DNA of 64,000 bases from NCBI GenBank assembly GCA_051294375.1, contig CM119264.1:27037659-27101658 (forward strand). The letters are read 5' to 3'. The first letter of the stretch is position 1. Every line of letters starts with the position of its first letter. The translations under genes were made by a program, and so were the position numbers. The stretch is from Paraspadella gotoi (lineage: Eukaryota; Animalia; Chaetognatha). A model generated the notes under the pieces. That model had not been told where the DNA came from. It saw only the letters and a program-made list of their open reading frames with translations, and did no database searches. Shown here piece after piece: positions 51,891-64,000 of this stretch.

Positions 51891-54800
51891 CTTCTCTCTA
51901 TCTTTCCAAATCGAAAATGAGAATTATTTCAATTTCTTCTTCTTTTTTTTCTCCTCTCGTCGAAGAAGAACGATTGACGGACAAATTTCTTTTTTTATTT
52001 TTTCTTTTTATTTTCATATCACATTTTTTTCCCCCTTTTTTCTTTTTTTAACTTTTCAACTTCCCCCCCCCGTTCCCATTTTTTTTAGTCTCTCCAATTC
52101 TCTATCCACGAAAAAAAAGCTTTTTTCATTTTCGAATTTTTGACACGTCCTTAAAAATCGATTTGATTTCGAAGAACTCCGCTGACGGTTTCTGTTTTTC
52201 TCTCATTTATTTTTCTTTTTCTTTTTACTTTTTTTTCTTTTAATTTTTCGCTCCGTTTTTCACTTTTCTTCTCGCGTCTTAACGGATTTTTATTGTCTTT
52301 GGCCATCTCCGGGTAACTGGTCCCCACCCGTCCCGATCACCTGATCCCCTGTCCTCTAGTCCCGGTCCTCCTGGTCCCCTGTCCCGAAACGCGCGTCGTT
52401 TGATGATGGATATCTTTTTTTTCGCACGACCCAATTCTGAATCCGGAGGCGAGAGTTCGGCTGCGGGGAAGAACTCGAAAAAAAATGTTGGTTGGTTGTA
52501 ACGTATTTTCTTCAATTTTAATTTTATTTTTATTTTTTATTTTTTGCCTTTTTTAATTTTTTCTTTTCTTTTCTTTTCTTTTCTTTTCTTTTCTTTTTCT
52601 TTTTCTTTATCTTTTTTTTACTCGTTGTCCCTGTCTATTATAAACCTTTCCTTTATTTCAAATCCTTTCTCTCACCTAATGAATTTACATATCTTTTTTT
52701 TTTCAAATTTTTGTCCAAACCTTTTGTCTCGGTTTTAAACATTAAAAAAAAAAAACTAAAATAAGTCGATTGATAAGTCTGTAAATTTTTCAAATTTTTT
52801 TCTTCGTTGCTCGCCGCTCTATAATATATATATATCTAAAAATTATAAGTTTTATAGAATTTTAAATGAATTCAACAACGATTCATTTGAAAATCTCAAC
52901 CACAACGAAACGAAAGGATATAATATCAAATTATAAGTATATAATTTTTATTAACCAGATTTTTCCAATCTCATTTGCTTATTACAGTCCGTTTGAATCG
53001 CTATAAAGAGTATCGATATGATAAAAACGAATACATAAGGAATACTGTTTTCGTTTCATATATTAAACGTTAGTTCTAAGTTTGTACATCGATTGTGCAT
53101 AGTCTATTAAGTATAACATAAAACGAAATTATGCTTTCTTAAATTCAGATTAATTTCTCGTAAAGTTGAAGAATTAAAAATTACATATGTTTTTTTTTTT
53201 GTAAATTTTCCAAAGCTTTTTCTCTTTATTTTAAAAACTTAATGGAAAGGGAATTTTTCAAAAGTTTTTTCTTTTTGTAATTATTATATCTGAAAAAATT
53301 ATAACTTTTGAAATTTTACATTATTTGTTTAGTATTTTAAACTATTCCTTTATCGTATAATTTGGAAAATTATTATAAATTATACATAAATTTATTAATT
53401 TATATTTGCTTCGTTCTTCACTTTAGAATTTTAATTAAAGAAATTTAGAAAATACTAGCCAGTATTCATGTGTTTTTAGCTTCTTTTTTTTATTTTTTTT
53501 TTTTTTTTGGCTTTTGTGCACGATATACATCGATACGGCAAAATTGGAGCAACCTTCGCGTGACGCTAACATTGTTTACGTTTTTCGCATGTTTTTACAA
53601 CGACGACGACGACGACTGCACGACGACGACGACGACGGACGACGATCTAAACCCAGCCACTCGTACCCGCACGGTCGAGCGGCAATTCCCGACATTTCGG
53701 CCTCTCGTTAGTCTAGTGACCGTTTTGTCTTCTTTTTTGTTTTCGTTTCGCTTTCAATTTTTTGTTTCGTTTTTTTTTTCACTCTCACGATTTTTTTATC
53801 TTAATTTTTGGCGCCTCAAAACTCACCACTCGATCACCAGCGACATCTCTGGTTTGGTATAGTACTTAAATCGAACACGAAAAAAACAAAAGACGCGAAT
53901 TTTTTATAAATAAATCGATGTAATTGCACCGTCGGGCACATCAGGGCACCGAGGCGCACCGTCGGGCACGAGACACGATCGGACTGTTCGTCGAACAACG
54001 CGGCATTTCACCTCACGCACCACTCCGCGACCACTCCGCGTTCACGCTAGACTCGTCTAACACAGCGACACGATTCTCGTCACACCAGCGACACCTTTGG
54101 TCACGGCTTTGACATCGTCATCCGCCAGGCGGCGACGGAGACTTTGGCGCCGGTCGCGATGGCGGCGCCACCGAAAGAGCGCCGCCTCCGATGGGTCGTC
54201 CTTCGTCTAACGTTCGTCGTCGGTTACGCAGCAGCGCAACGACGCCGCTTCAATCCCATAAAGGCAGCAATCACGCCATCATCTGGCCACCGCCACATGA
54301 TTATCACGTCAACACGCGACTGGGCACAATCCACTCCCAACCCTCGAGCCTTCAACGATGGACATGGTGTCCCTGACTCGAGGAAGACCCAAAGTGGCAC
54401 CCACCCCTTTAACTTACCCTCCAGGGGTCCAGTTCATCGAGGTTCTCTCCCCCTCGGGGCCGTTATTGCCCAGACGGGTCCACTGCCCCAGGCCGCTCTC
54501 AAGGCGAACAGATTCCCACAGCTGGGAATCCCGTCGTCGCTTTTAATTTTCCCTACAATGCGACAGAGGGGCGGTGATCACTACCCCTACCCTGGGCGAA
54601 ACATCGCCCGAGATCGAGGGCCGATTTCCTCCCCTAGGGTTAGCCACGTCGCCCTTCCGGGTCGAAATTGCCCGCACCCTTTGCGGCCGGATTGACTCTA
54701 AGCCCAGAGAGTGCCTTACCCGGCCAACCTCTTCAACACGCCCACAGCCTTACCCTCGTTTTGGCCCCGACGAGAAGTGAGGTTTCCCTCCGCATCTCAT

Positions 54801-55691
54801 TGCTCAGTTTACATGAGCGCCGCCATCTCGTCGGTGGTCCCCAACGCAACCATGTGCACCTCCGCCACCACGTGCCTCAATATCCCAATGCGCATTTCCC
54901 AGCAGGTGTCCACCTGACCTCGCCTGACCCTTTCGTCCTCATCCATCTCCATACATGAGCGCACAGGGGCCATTCTCTTCCTCTAGCGCCATCTCAGCAT
55001 CTTCCTCCGCCGGCGTATACCAATTCTCACGCCGCTCGGACGGCGCTCCCTTTACGTTCCGCTAATCCGAGTCTTTCTTCCCTTTCCGCCACGCCTCCTT
55101 TTTGCGTTACGCCCTTCTTCTCTCTCGCCGCGCCTTCTCTCGATTCCATCCTCGAACATTCCCCGACGATCCTCTCCGACGACGCGTCGCCTTCCATGGA
55201 CTTCGCGCCCACTTCCCTCGCGACTTCCGTTCCCTCGTCTCCTCGACGACGCCGTCGCTGACATCTTTTCCTCAAACGGCGCCGCCATCGGCTCAGCTCT
55301 ACTTCGGAGGATTTGAAATCGATGACGCGGGAAAGGACAAGAAGAAGCGGAAGTCGCCCTCGACGGCGGAAGAGAGACGAGGAGAGAATGGCCAAGTTTC
55401 TAGAGTTGAAATCGAAATGCGCAGAAGTAAGTTACCCTTTTTTAAAAAAAAAATGGCCGCTGCGGAAGTCGGTAAGGGACTGGTGAGTCGAGGCGAGTAG
55501 AAATGGGTAAGGTTAGGGACGATTCTTTCCTCGGATGTTAATTCTAATGGAGAAGCGTTTTTTTAAAAAAAAAACCGAAATGAAAACAATTTAATTGCTA
55601 AAAAGCTTTTATCGATAAAAATCGGGTTAACGATAACGACGGTAGGCGATCGACGGTTGACGGTCTGCGGCACGAGACGACGCGACGACGA

Positions 55692-55763
<72 letters not shown>

Positions 55764-56314
55764 ATACGACAGCCTCAACGATGCTGGCGTCAGAGACAGC
55801 GATCCGATAAGCTGAATAAAAAAACGATCGGTCGGCGGAATTCTTTTCTTATTATTATTATTTCGCATTGAATTTCGATCGTCAAAACGAAACAAATTCT
55901 TGTTGCCTTTTCTTTTCCGCTTTTCGTCTTCCATGTTATAAATTTCTGACTTTCCAATCTTCTGATCGCATCAGCTTCGTCTGGACTTCTTCGTCTCAAA
56001 CAAGTTAACAAGCGATTTCAATTAATTTCTCTGAATCGGCAATTGCTTGCACAGTCGCGAGATAAGCGCGATGATCTGGTACACAGCCCTAATTTTTTAT
56101 TTTCTTTTTGACCAATTTACATTTTGCGTTTTCTGTTTCACCAAGCAACCGCGGCTTGAATCCATCCGGCCACACAGAATTGAGAAAAGGCTGAGCAGCG
56201 GCCTTTCCTGAGATGTCGAAAGCTCAAATACCAAATAGTCTCACAAAGGAGATTTTTTTTTTCTTGAGAGAAAAATTACTCATCATTTGTTGCGAAAATG
56301 AGAGTAGAAATTGC

Positions 56315-56364
<50 letters not shown>

Positions 56365-57960
56365 GAGCGAGAGAGGAGAGAGCAGCGAGTCGGCAAATAG
56401 TGGAGGGAAAAATGAAAATTTGTCCGAGCAAATAAACTCCCGGTTTTCTTGACGAGAGAAAAATCTTAAAAGGAAAACTACAGGGTCACACAAAAGTCTC
56501 CGGTTCAATAGATGATCCTGTTATTTCATTTGAAACCTCGTCCGCCACTCCTACATAACGACCTTGTAGATGTGTCCTCAGAAACGGCTCTCTCGCTACA
56601 ATAGAATCCATTTCAGAAAACTTGGGGCAGGCCCGATGCACGAAAAGGCAGGGACCGACCGTCCGGGGGCTGGAAACTTAAACGTAAAGAAATTTCGGAT
56701 GTTTTTTTCAAGCGACGGGTGGCGGTTTTCTGATGGCGAGATGATTAGAACGAGAATTGATGTTAATCATTCTTTCTTCACCTTAAATATAATAAGGGGA
56801 ACAGAAAAGTTATTACTCGTAATATGCGTTTCATAGTTGCCGAGAAAATAAATAATTCCTTCTACCGAGTAGAGGTGAAATTTTTTCACTTATTTCTTTA
56901 GTTAATATAATATATCTAATATAATTTCTTTGCGTTAAATGAGAATGATTAGAGTTGTCAAAGAATTGTCTCAGTATTGAGAATGATGTCAAGGAATTCG
57001 ATCGAGTTCTTCAGTCTAACAAAATTTAGACGCGAGTTTTTTTTTTGTGTGGAACTTGAGATGAATCTTTAAAAAAATCAAAGTCAAAGAGGAAAAACTA
57101 TTTTAGAAATAAAATGGTCCATCTCTCGAAACCCACTTAACTGTCGTAGTATGACAACATCCCGGTTGCGCCGGATGCCCATTGGCGATGGGGCATCTCA
57201 CTGTTGGGCTTTGGGGGCGTCCGACCCTCAGTGACGCCTCAGTCACTGGCGCCGGTTACCCTAGGACAGTTTCGCTTTGCCAACGCAGATGGAAGTCGTT
57301 AGGACTGTGGATGGAACACAACGCCTGGGATGTGTGTTCATGTGAAAATTGTATGGCTGAACGATGGTGGACGTGAGGCGGAGTGAATATACGCCACAGT
57401 AGCATCTTTTCATCCCTTGAACAGCCACGGAACGGTTCGAGGACTGGAACGGGCTTATAGGCAGGGATGGGTCAGGATTTAACCCTTATGGTAAAAAGCA
57501 GATGACTTTATACTCATCGCGCAACCGGGTCAGGCCAGAAAAAAGGATGATTAATCACGCGGGGTGACCCTTCCGGACCCTCGATGACCCTTCGCGACCC
57601 GACGGCACGTCGCCGATGAGGGGCAAAAACAAAAGAAGAAACTTGAAAGAGATTAAATTTCTGATCGTCTTTTGATCGACCCGAATGGAGAGGAGTCGAG
57701 TCGAATGGAGAGGGAGTCCTTGGGTTCGACGCCCAGGGGAGGACATTACGACTTCGCCCGAAAATAAAGGGAAGGATTCAAATCCTTATCTCATCTCGTG
57801 AGAGAGAGAAGAGGGAGATGAGAGAGAGAGAGAGGAGAAGAGAGAGAGAGAGAGAGAGAGAGAAAATGCCTTTGCTTATTCGAACAAACGCAAGGAGAAT
57901 CGAAGGCGCTAACGTTTGTTTACAGTTCCGCAAACTGATAAACAAAGAACGATGACGACG
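50348..57960 (+). repeat. large repeated unit, partial copy 3
   Basis: Matches ~21219-27951 and continues as ~44297-44760. It lacks the HINE, has a 25-N gap at 51693-51717 with duplicated flanks, and is divergent at ~53040-53460. Confidence 0.93.
53925..55426 (+). other. GC-rich putative coding block, copy 3
   Basis: Homologous to 24240-25745 and 37592-39094. It contains the longest open stretch (54144-54695) and ends at GTAAGT. Confidence 0.45.
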
Positions 57961-58626
57961 ACGACGACGCGACGACGACGACACGACGAATACGCACAGC
58001 CTCAACGATGCTGGCCGTCAGAGACAGCGATCTCATAAGCTGAATAAAAACACGATCGGTCGGCGGAATTCTTTTTTTATATATTATTTCCGCTTGAATT
58101 TCGATCGTCAAAACGAAACAAATTCTTGTTGCCTTTTTCTTTTCCGCTTTTCGTTCTTCCATGCTTATAAATTTCTGACTTTCCAATCATCTGATCACAT
58201 CAAGCATTCGAGTCTGGACCTTCTTCGTCTCAAAACAAGTTAAACAGCGCATTTCAACGTTAATTTCTCTGAATCGGCAAATTGCTTAGGCAACAGTCGC
58301 GAGATAAGTACGCGCATGACAGTCTCGTAGAAAAAACTATGCAGTTAAAAAAAAAATTTCAGTATATGATTTTTTCATTTTTTGACCAATTTACATTTGC
58401 GTTTTCTGTTTCACCAAGCCAACCGCGCTTGAAATCCATCCGGCCACACAGAATTGCAAGAAAAGGCTGAGAGCAGCGGCCTTTCCTGAGATGTTCGAAA
58501 GCTCAAATACCAAAATACGTCTCACAAAGGAGATTTTTTTTTTCTTGACGAGAAAATTACTTCATCATTTGTCCGAAAATGAGAGTAGAAATTGGCATGA
58601 GAGAGAGAGAGAGAGAGAGAGAGAGA
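57960..58626 (+). repeat. short, noisier duplicate of unit segment ~55750-56340
   Basis: CAGCCTCAACGATGCTGG...GAGAGTAGAAATTG(G)CATGAGAGAG, bounded by (CGA)n and (GA)n. Confidence 0.88.
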
Positions 58627-59138
58627 TATGCGGCTCGGCTCAGTACCTGTCTGCGAATCTTTCCGACCCAAAATTCTAAGTCCCCGTACTCTTCCAAGCG
58701 TTACCTTTCAGACCTAGGCCTTCTCTACCATCTGCTACTAGTTCGACACCCGGCCAGTCCGTTGCAAACACGATCCAAGACTATTGCGCACGAATTATAG
58801 AACAGAACGATCGACTCAGAACAACACTTTGTTTTGTTCTTTCTCTCTCTCTCCCCTCTCTTTGGATTGTTTTTTAACCCCTCGATCAACACACTATCCG
58901 CACCACACAGGAGCTGAAGATAGTTTCTCCATTTCTCATTTAACTTAAATTCTTAGGAGAAAAGTGTTTAAAAAATTTTAATATATTATATAATTTTTAT
59001 TTTTTTGATAAAGACACCAAAAAGCATGTATTATCATAGCCATCTTATACTAATGCTTTTGTATAGTTTTATTTTTCTTTTTTTATCTTATAAACTAAAG
59101 TAAAGTAAGATCCTCAGAATTTAAAATAAAATAATTTG

Positions 59139-59356
59139 TTAGGAATAACAGTTTTTAATGTGGCAACGCACAGTTTTATTGACAAGTCAAGTCGGACATG
59201 TTCGATCTTATACGACGTTAGCAGTCTTCATCAGCAAGATGTAAGAAGCTTGATGAAGCTTGATGAAGACTCTAACTCTATAAGCAGTCGAAATACATGT
59301 ACTGATACTACTTGTCAATAAAATTCGTTAGCCACATTAAAACTGTTTATTCCTAA
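59139..59356. mobile_element. palindromic (fold-back) MITE-like element, ~220 bp
   Basis: Left TTAGGAATAACAGTTTTTAATGTGGC...TTTTATTGACAAGT pairs with right ACTTGTCAATAAAA...GCCACATTAAAACTGTTTATTCCTAA. Inner arms GTTAG-C-AGTCTTCATCA / TGATGAAGACT-CTAAC also pair. A possible TA target duplication is present. Confidence 0.75.
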
Positions 59357-59518
59357 AATGCCTTAAAAAATACAACGAAATCGAAAGTCAACATCATAAT
59401 AAAATTTTATACGTTAGGATGCAGTGACAACATAAATTTAGATGTCCAATTCATTTAGTAGAAATAGCTTTGACTGCGACTTCAATGAGTTTTTCCTTAA
59501 CATGATGTAACGAAATGA

Positions 59519-60320
59519 TTTTTACGTCGACTCTGCTTTTTCAGCCAGATCCCACTATAATTCATCCTATTAATTCGGTTACGTCAATTTGCCCCTACCA
59601 ATTCTTTTTGTTGTCGGGCATTCTACTTATACTCAGCTGTCAGAACACTTCCGATATATAAATATTTATGCAGAAAAAGAACGATGCTCCGTCCATCCGT
59701 CCACCTCTTTAGCAAAAAAACACCCAATACTCGTGAATTCGTGATTGTATGGATGGTTTGGAATGAAAATTTTTTATGTGGGTAGGGAAGTGTGTGATTG
59801 ATCTGGATATGCAAGTTTCGATTGGGAAAATTCGGGTCCAAGTGGAAATGGAGTAAACTGGATAAATATATACTATTTCAGCTATTTGAACACCAATTTT
59901 ACTCATAAGTGATCGGGAAGCGAGCTTGAAATTTCTTGTATCTTGGGTAGATAAGTGTGTGTTATTTAAACTGGAAATCAAGTTTTCGCATGGAATCGTC
60001 CTGAAATGTGAAATGAAGTTTAAATGGAAAAAAACAGAAAAACCTGTTAACTAATATGATTATGCTTCTTTTTCTTCTTATTTTTAAATGTGTAAATGCA
60101 TAGATCGTATTAATTAATCAAAACCAATTAATCAGTCAAATAATCAATCAAAAAACTAAACATTTTGGATTCACAATTGCCCTTAACTTATATTCCAATA
60201 ATTTAACTTGAATACAAATTAATTTTAATTTAATTTAAATAATTAACTTGAATTAATTTATTAATTATACCCGATAATGATCGCTAGGGCTAAGATCCCG
60301 ACTTGTTTGCTCAAAACTCT
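59519..60320 (+). mobile_element. shorter, diverged HINE family member (~0.8 kb), opposite orientation to 39245-42331
   Basis: Reverse-complement homology at both ends (CAGATCCCACTATA; TTGTCGGGCA; CCGTCCATCCGTCCACC..TTAGCAAAAAA; AGATCCCGACTTGTTTGCTCAAAAC), with only ~2 internal repeat units. Confidence 0.7.
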
Positions 60321-60469
60321 ATTTAATACAATATTTGCACGAGAAGAATGAATTAAAGGGGAAAGGATTGACGAGAGTTTTGGGGTTCAGGTATCCTGGG
60401 ACCTGATATTTAAAGAGTTGTTATGATGGTACGGCTTTGTCACGCCTTCATGGAGAAGGCAAAATGACA

Positions 60470-60570
60470 TGAGTGAATGGCCGACAAGATTTGAGGGGGC
60501 CAGGCCCGACGGACCGACAAATTGGATATAGAGTCGGATCTGGCTTGTAAGTGCATAGATACGACTAAAA
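60470..60570 (-). mobile_element. terminal fragment of the same HINE family
   Basis: CCGACAAGATTTGAGGGGG...GACGGACCGACAAA...ATATAGAGTCGGATCTG...AGATACGACTAAAAA matches 42245-42336. Confidence 0.65.
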
Positions 60571-61719
60571 ATTAATTTTAAAAAAAAAGAAAAATAATTT
60601 CGAAAATACATAATTTAAAAACATTTGATTATTTGATATCAGAAACACGCTTTATTTTGGGCTGGTCCCTTCTTCATTAAAAAACGGTGTGCCATAATGG
60701 TCTTCAACTTCGTCAAAGCTATTGTGAAGGATCACCAATGGCCGCTGGGATGAACGGTTGGTGGATTTTAGCTCCACCCATAACACTTTTATTTATATTC
60801 TATCTGATACTTCGGCAAAGAGCAATAAATACTGGCCCAAGAAGAGCTAAATTTTAGTAACTTTGGTTAACTTTAGTAAGCGGTTATTGTTATTCAAATC
60901 GTTTATTATCTGGTTCAAGCCAATTTTGCATAAATAAGTATGAACGAAAATTTATTTATGCCACTTAATTTCAGTGAGACAATAGGAGAATAGTCGGGTC
61001 ACTCTGATGAACATATAAAGGCCAAAATTTTTATTCTATTAAAATGATCATTCATGAGAAAAATTCATGATATTTATTAAAATTTTTTACTTATTAATAA
61101 AAAACATTAGTTTTATAAAATAACTCAGGATCATTTATTTCTTTTGCAAAAAACAAAAGAATAAATTTGAGAGCCAGCTACCAATTAATTTCCTTATAGT
61201 AGACAATTCAACAAGCCTAATTATCCATTGTAGTTTTATTAAAAGTTCATTTAGACAAGATGTGAGTCACTGACCGTAAGAACTAATATTATTCTTATTA
61301 AATTTCTTCCTTTCTTTCCTGTGGGGGAAACCCACGCCCCCAAAAAAAAAATTTTAACAAAGGGCCTTTTGATCATTGATAAGTATATTTCATCTCAGTA
61401 AGAATAATCCATGATATATGTTCTGTTTCTTGTTGCCGTAATTTTCTTTGGGGATAAACGATGTTTTCATCCTGCGTATAATGATTACATCAAATGAAAA
61501 CTCAATTTCTTACTTCTCTCCAATAACACTGCATTTAAAACTGCTACATGAAAACCTTCAATACAAAAATGATTCTCTTTAACCTCCAAACTCCATTAAC
61601 AATTTCTTGGTTGAGAAAAAATGTGGTTAGTAAAGATTGTTAAGTCTCCCGAGTGACTGAAAGATACCAATAAGTTTACTTTCATTTCAATAACTTGCAT
61701 TTCCCGTCCTGCACTTTCA

Positions 61720-63142
61720 TTTTTTCTTTCTTTCTTTCTTTCTTTCTCTCTCTCTATCTTTCCAAATCGAAAATGAGAATTATTTCAATTTCTTCTTCTT
61801 TTTTTTTCTCCTCTCGTCGAGAGAAGAACGATTGACGGACAAATTTCTTTTTTTATTTTTTCTTTTTATTTTCATATCACATTTTTTCCCCCTTTTTTCT
61901 TTTTTTTAACTTTTCAACTTCCCCCCCCCCGTTCCCATTTTTTTTAGTCTCTCCAATTCTCTATCCACGAAAAAAAAGCTTTTTTCATTTTCGAATTTTT
62001 GACATCGTCCTTAAAAATCGATTTTGATTTCGAAGAACTCCGCTGACGGTTTCTGTTTTTTCTCTCATTTATTTTTCTTTTTCTTTTTACTTTTTTTTTC
62101 TTTTAATTTTTCGCTCCGTTTTTCACTTTTCTTCTCGCGTCTTAACGGATTTTTATTGTTTCTTGGCCCATCTCCCGGTAACTGGTCCCCACCCGTCCCC
62201 GATCACCTGATCCCCTGTCCTCTAGTCCCCGGTCCTCCTGGTCCCCTGTCCCGAAACGCGCGTCGTTTGATGATGGATATCTTTTTTTTCGCACGACCCA
62301 ATTCTGAATCCGGAGGCGAGAGTTCGGCTGCGGGGAAGAACTCGAAAAAAAAATGTTGGTTGGTTGTAACGTAATTTTCTTCAATTTTTAATTTTATTTT
62401 TTATTTTTTATTTTTTTGCCTTTTTTAATTTTCTTTTCTTTTCTTTTCTTTTCTTTTCTTTTCTTTTCTTTTCTTTTCTTTTCTTTTCTTTTCTTTTCTT
62501 TTCTTTTCTTTTTACTCGTTGTCCCTGTCTATTATATAACCTTTCCTTTATTAAATTCAAACTCCTTTCTCTCACCTAATTGAATTTTACATATTCTTTT
62601 TTTTTTTTAAATTTTTGTCCAAACCTTTTGTCTCGGTTTAAACATTAAAAAAAAAAAACTAAAATAAGTCGATTTGATAAGTCGTGTAAATTTTTTCAAA
62701 AATTTTTTTCTTCGTTGCTCGCCGCTCTCTTATATATATATATCTTAAAAATTATAAGTTTTATAGAAAAGTTTTAAATGAATTCAACAACGATTCATTT
62801 GAAAATCTCAACCACAACGAAACGAAAGGATTATAATATCAAATTATAAGTTATAATTTTTATTAACCAGATTTTTTCCAAATCTCATTTGCATATTACA
62901 GTCCGTCGTGAATCACGCATAATAAAGTAGAAGGTATCGATTGGAATCGAATAAAAACGAAATAGCATGTAAGGGAAGAAAAAAATACTGTGTTTCAAGT
63001 ATTCATGTGTTTTTAGCTTCTTTTTTTTTATTTCTTTTTTTTTTTTTTGGCTTTTGTGCACGATATACATCGATACGGCAAAAATTGGGAGCAACCTTCG
63101 CGTGACGCTAACATTGTTTACGTTTTTCGCAATGTTTTTACA

Positions 63143-63182
<40 letters not shown>

Positions 63183-64000
63183 TCTAAACCCAGCCACTCG
63201 TACCCGCACGGTCGAGCGGCAATTCCCGACATTTCGGCCTCTCGTTAGTCTAGTGACCGTTTTGTCTTTCTTTTTCGTTTTCGTTTCGCTTTCAATTTTT
63301 TGTTTCGTTTTTTTTTTCACTCTCACGATTTTTTTATCTTAATTTTTGGCGCCTCAAAACTCACCACTCGATCACCAGCGACATCTCTGGTTTTGGATGA
63401 GTACTAAATCGAACACGAAAAAAACAAAAGACGCGAATTTTTTATAAATAAATCGATGTAATTGCACCGTCGGGCACATCAGGGCACCGAGGCGCACCGT
63501 CGGGCACGAGACACGATCGGACTGTCGTCGAACAACGCGGCATTTCACCTCACGCACCACTCCGCGACCACTCCGCGTTCACGCTAGACTCGTCTAACAC
63601 AGCGACACGATTCTCGTCACACCAGCGACACCTTTGGTCACGGCTTTGACATCGTCATCCGCCAGGCGGCGACGGAGACTTTGGCGCCGGTCGCGATGGC
63701 GGCGCCACCGAAAGAGCGCCGCCTCCGATGGGTCGTCCTTCGTCTAACGTCGTCGTCGGTTACGCAGCAGCGCAACGACGCCGCTTCAATCGCATAAAGG
63801 CAGCAATCACGCCATCATCTGGCCACCGCCACATGATTATCACGTCAACACGCGACTGGGCACAATCCACTCCCAACCCTCGAGCCTTCAACGATGGACA
63901 TGGTGTCCCTGACTCGAGGAAGACCCAAAGTGGCACCCACCCCTTTAACTTACCCTCCAGGGGTCCAGTTCATCGAGGTTCTCTCCCCCTCGGGGCCGTT
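61720..64000 (+). repeat. large repeated unit, partial copy 4 (runs off window)
   Basis: Matches ~22525-24780, including the start of the GC-rich block from ~63463. Confidence 0.93.

Noticed and set aside
60654-61700. Short protein-like minus-strand pieces (KVLWVELKSTNRSSQRPLVILHNSFDEVEDHYGTPFF; DENIVYPQRKLRQQETEH)
   Set aside because: Too short, interrupted by stops, with no recognisable motif or reliable splice structure. It may be decayed coding DNA but cannot be supported.

Overview
Eukaryotic (most likely invertebrate animal) genomic DNA, not prokaryotic. It has AT-rich introns and spacers, short GC-rich exons with GT-AG sites, and very dense (GA/CT)n, (CGA/GTC)n and (CTTT)n microsatellites. 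The assembly is indel-prone and has four 25-N gaps, so coding calls are fragmentary. Bases 1-14.7 kb are single-copy. They hold tRNA-Gln(TTG), a probable spliced gene with UBA-like and ubiquitin-like segments, a TTAA-flanked TIR element, mini-satellites, a minus-strand exon and a candidate 116-aa secreted precursor gene. Bases 14.7-64 kb are dominated by 2 long and several partial copies of a ~13.2-kb unit containing a GC-rich cryptic coding block. One copy carries a 3.1-kb non-autonomous Helentron (HINE/DINE-1-like) insertion, and empty sites are visible in other copies. Between copies lie an unidentified five-exon gene fragment, a ~220-bp palindromic MITE and two more HINE family members. 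I cannot demonstrate a novel multi-gene system. The best leads are the candidate prepropeptide gene, the repeated cryptic ORF and the HINE family. Most ORFs in the supplied track are microsatellite artefacts.
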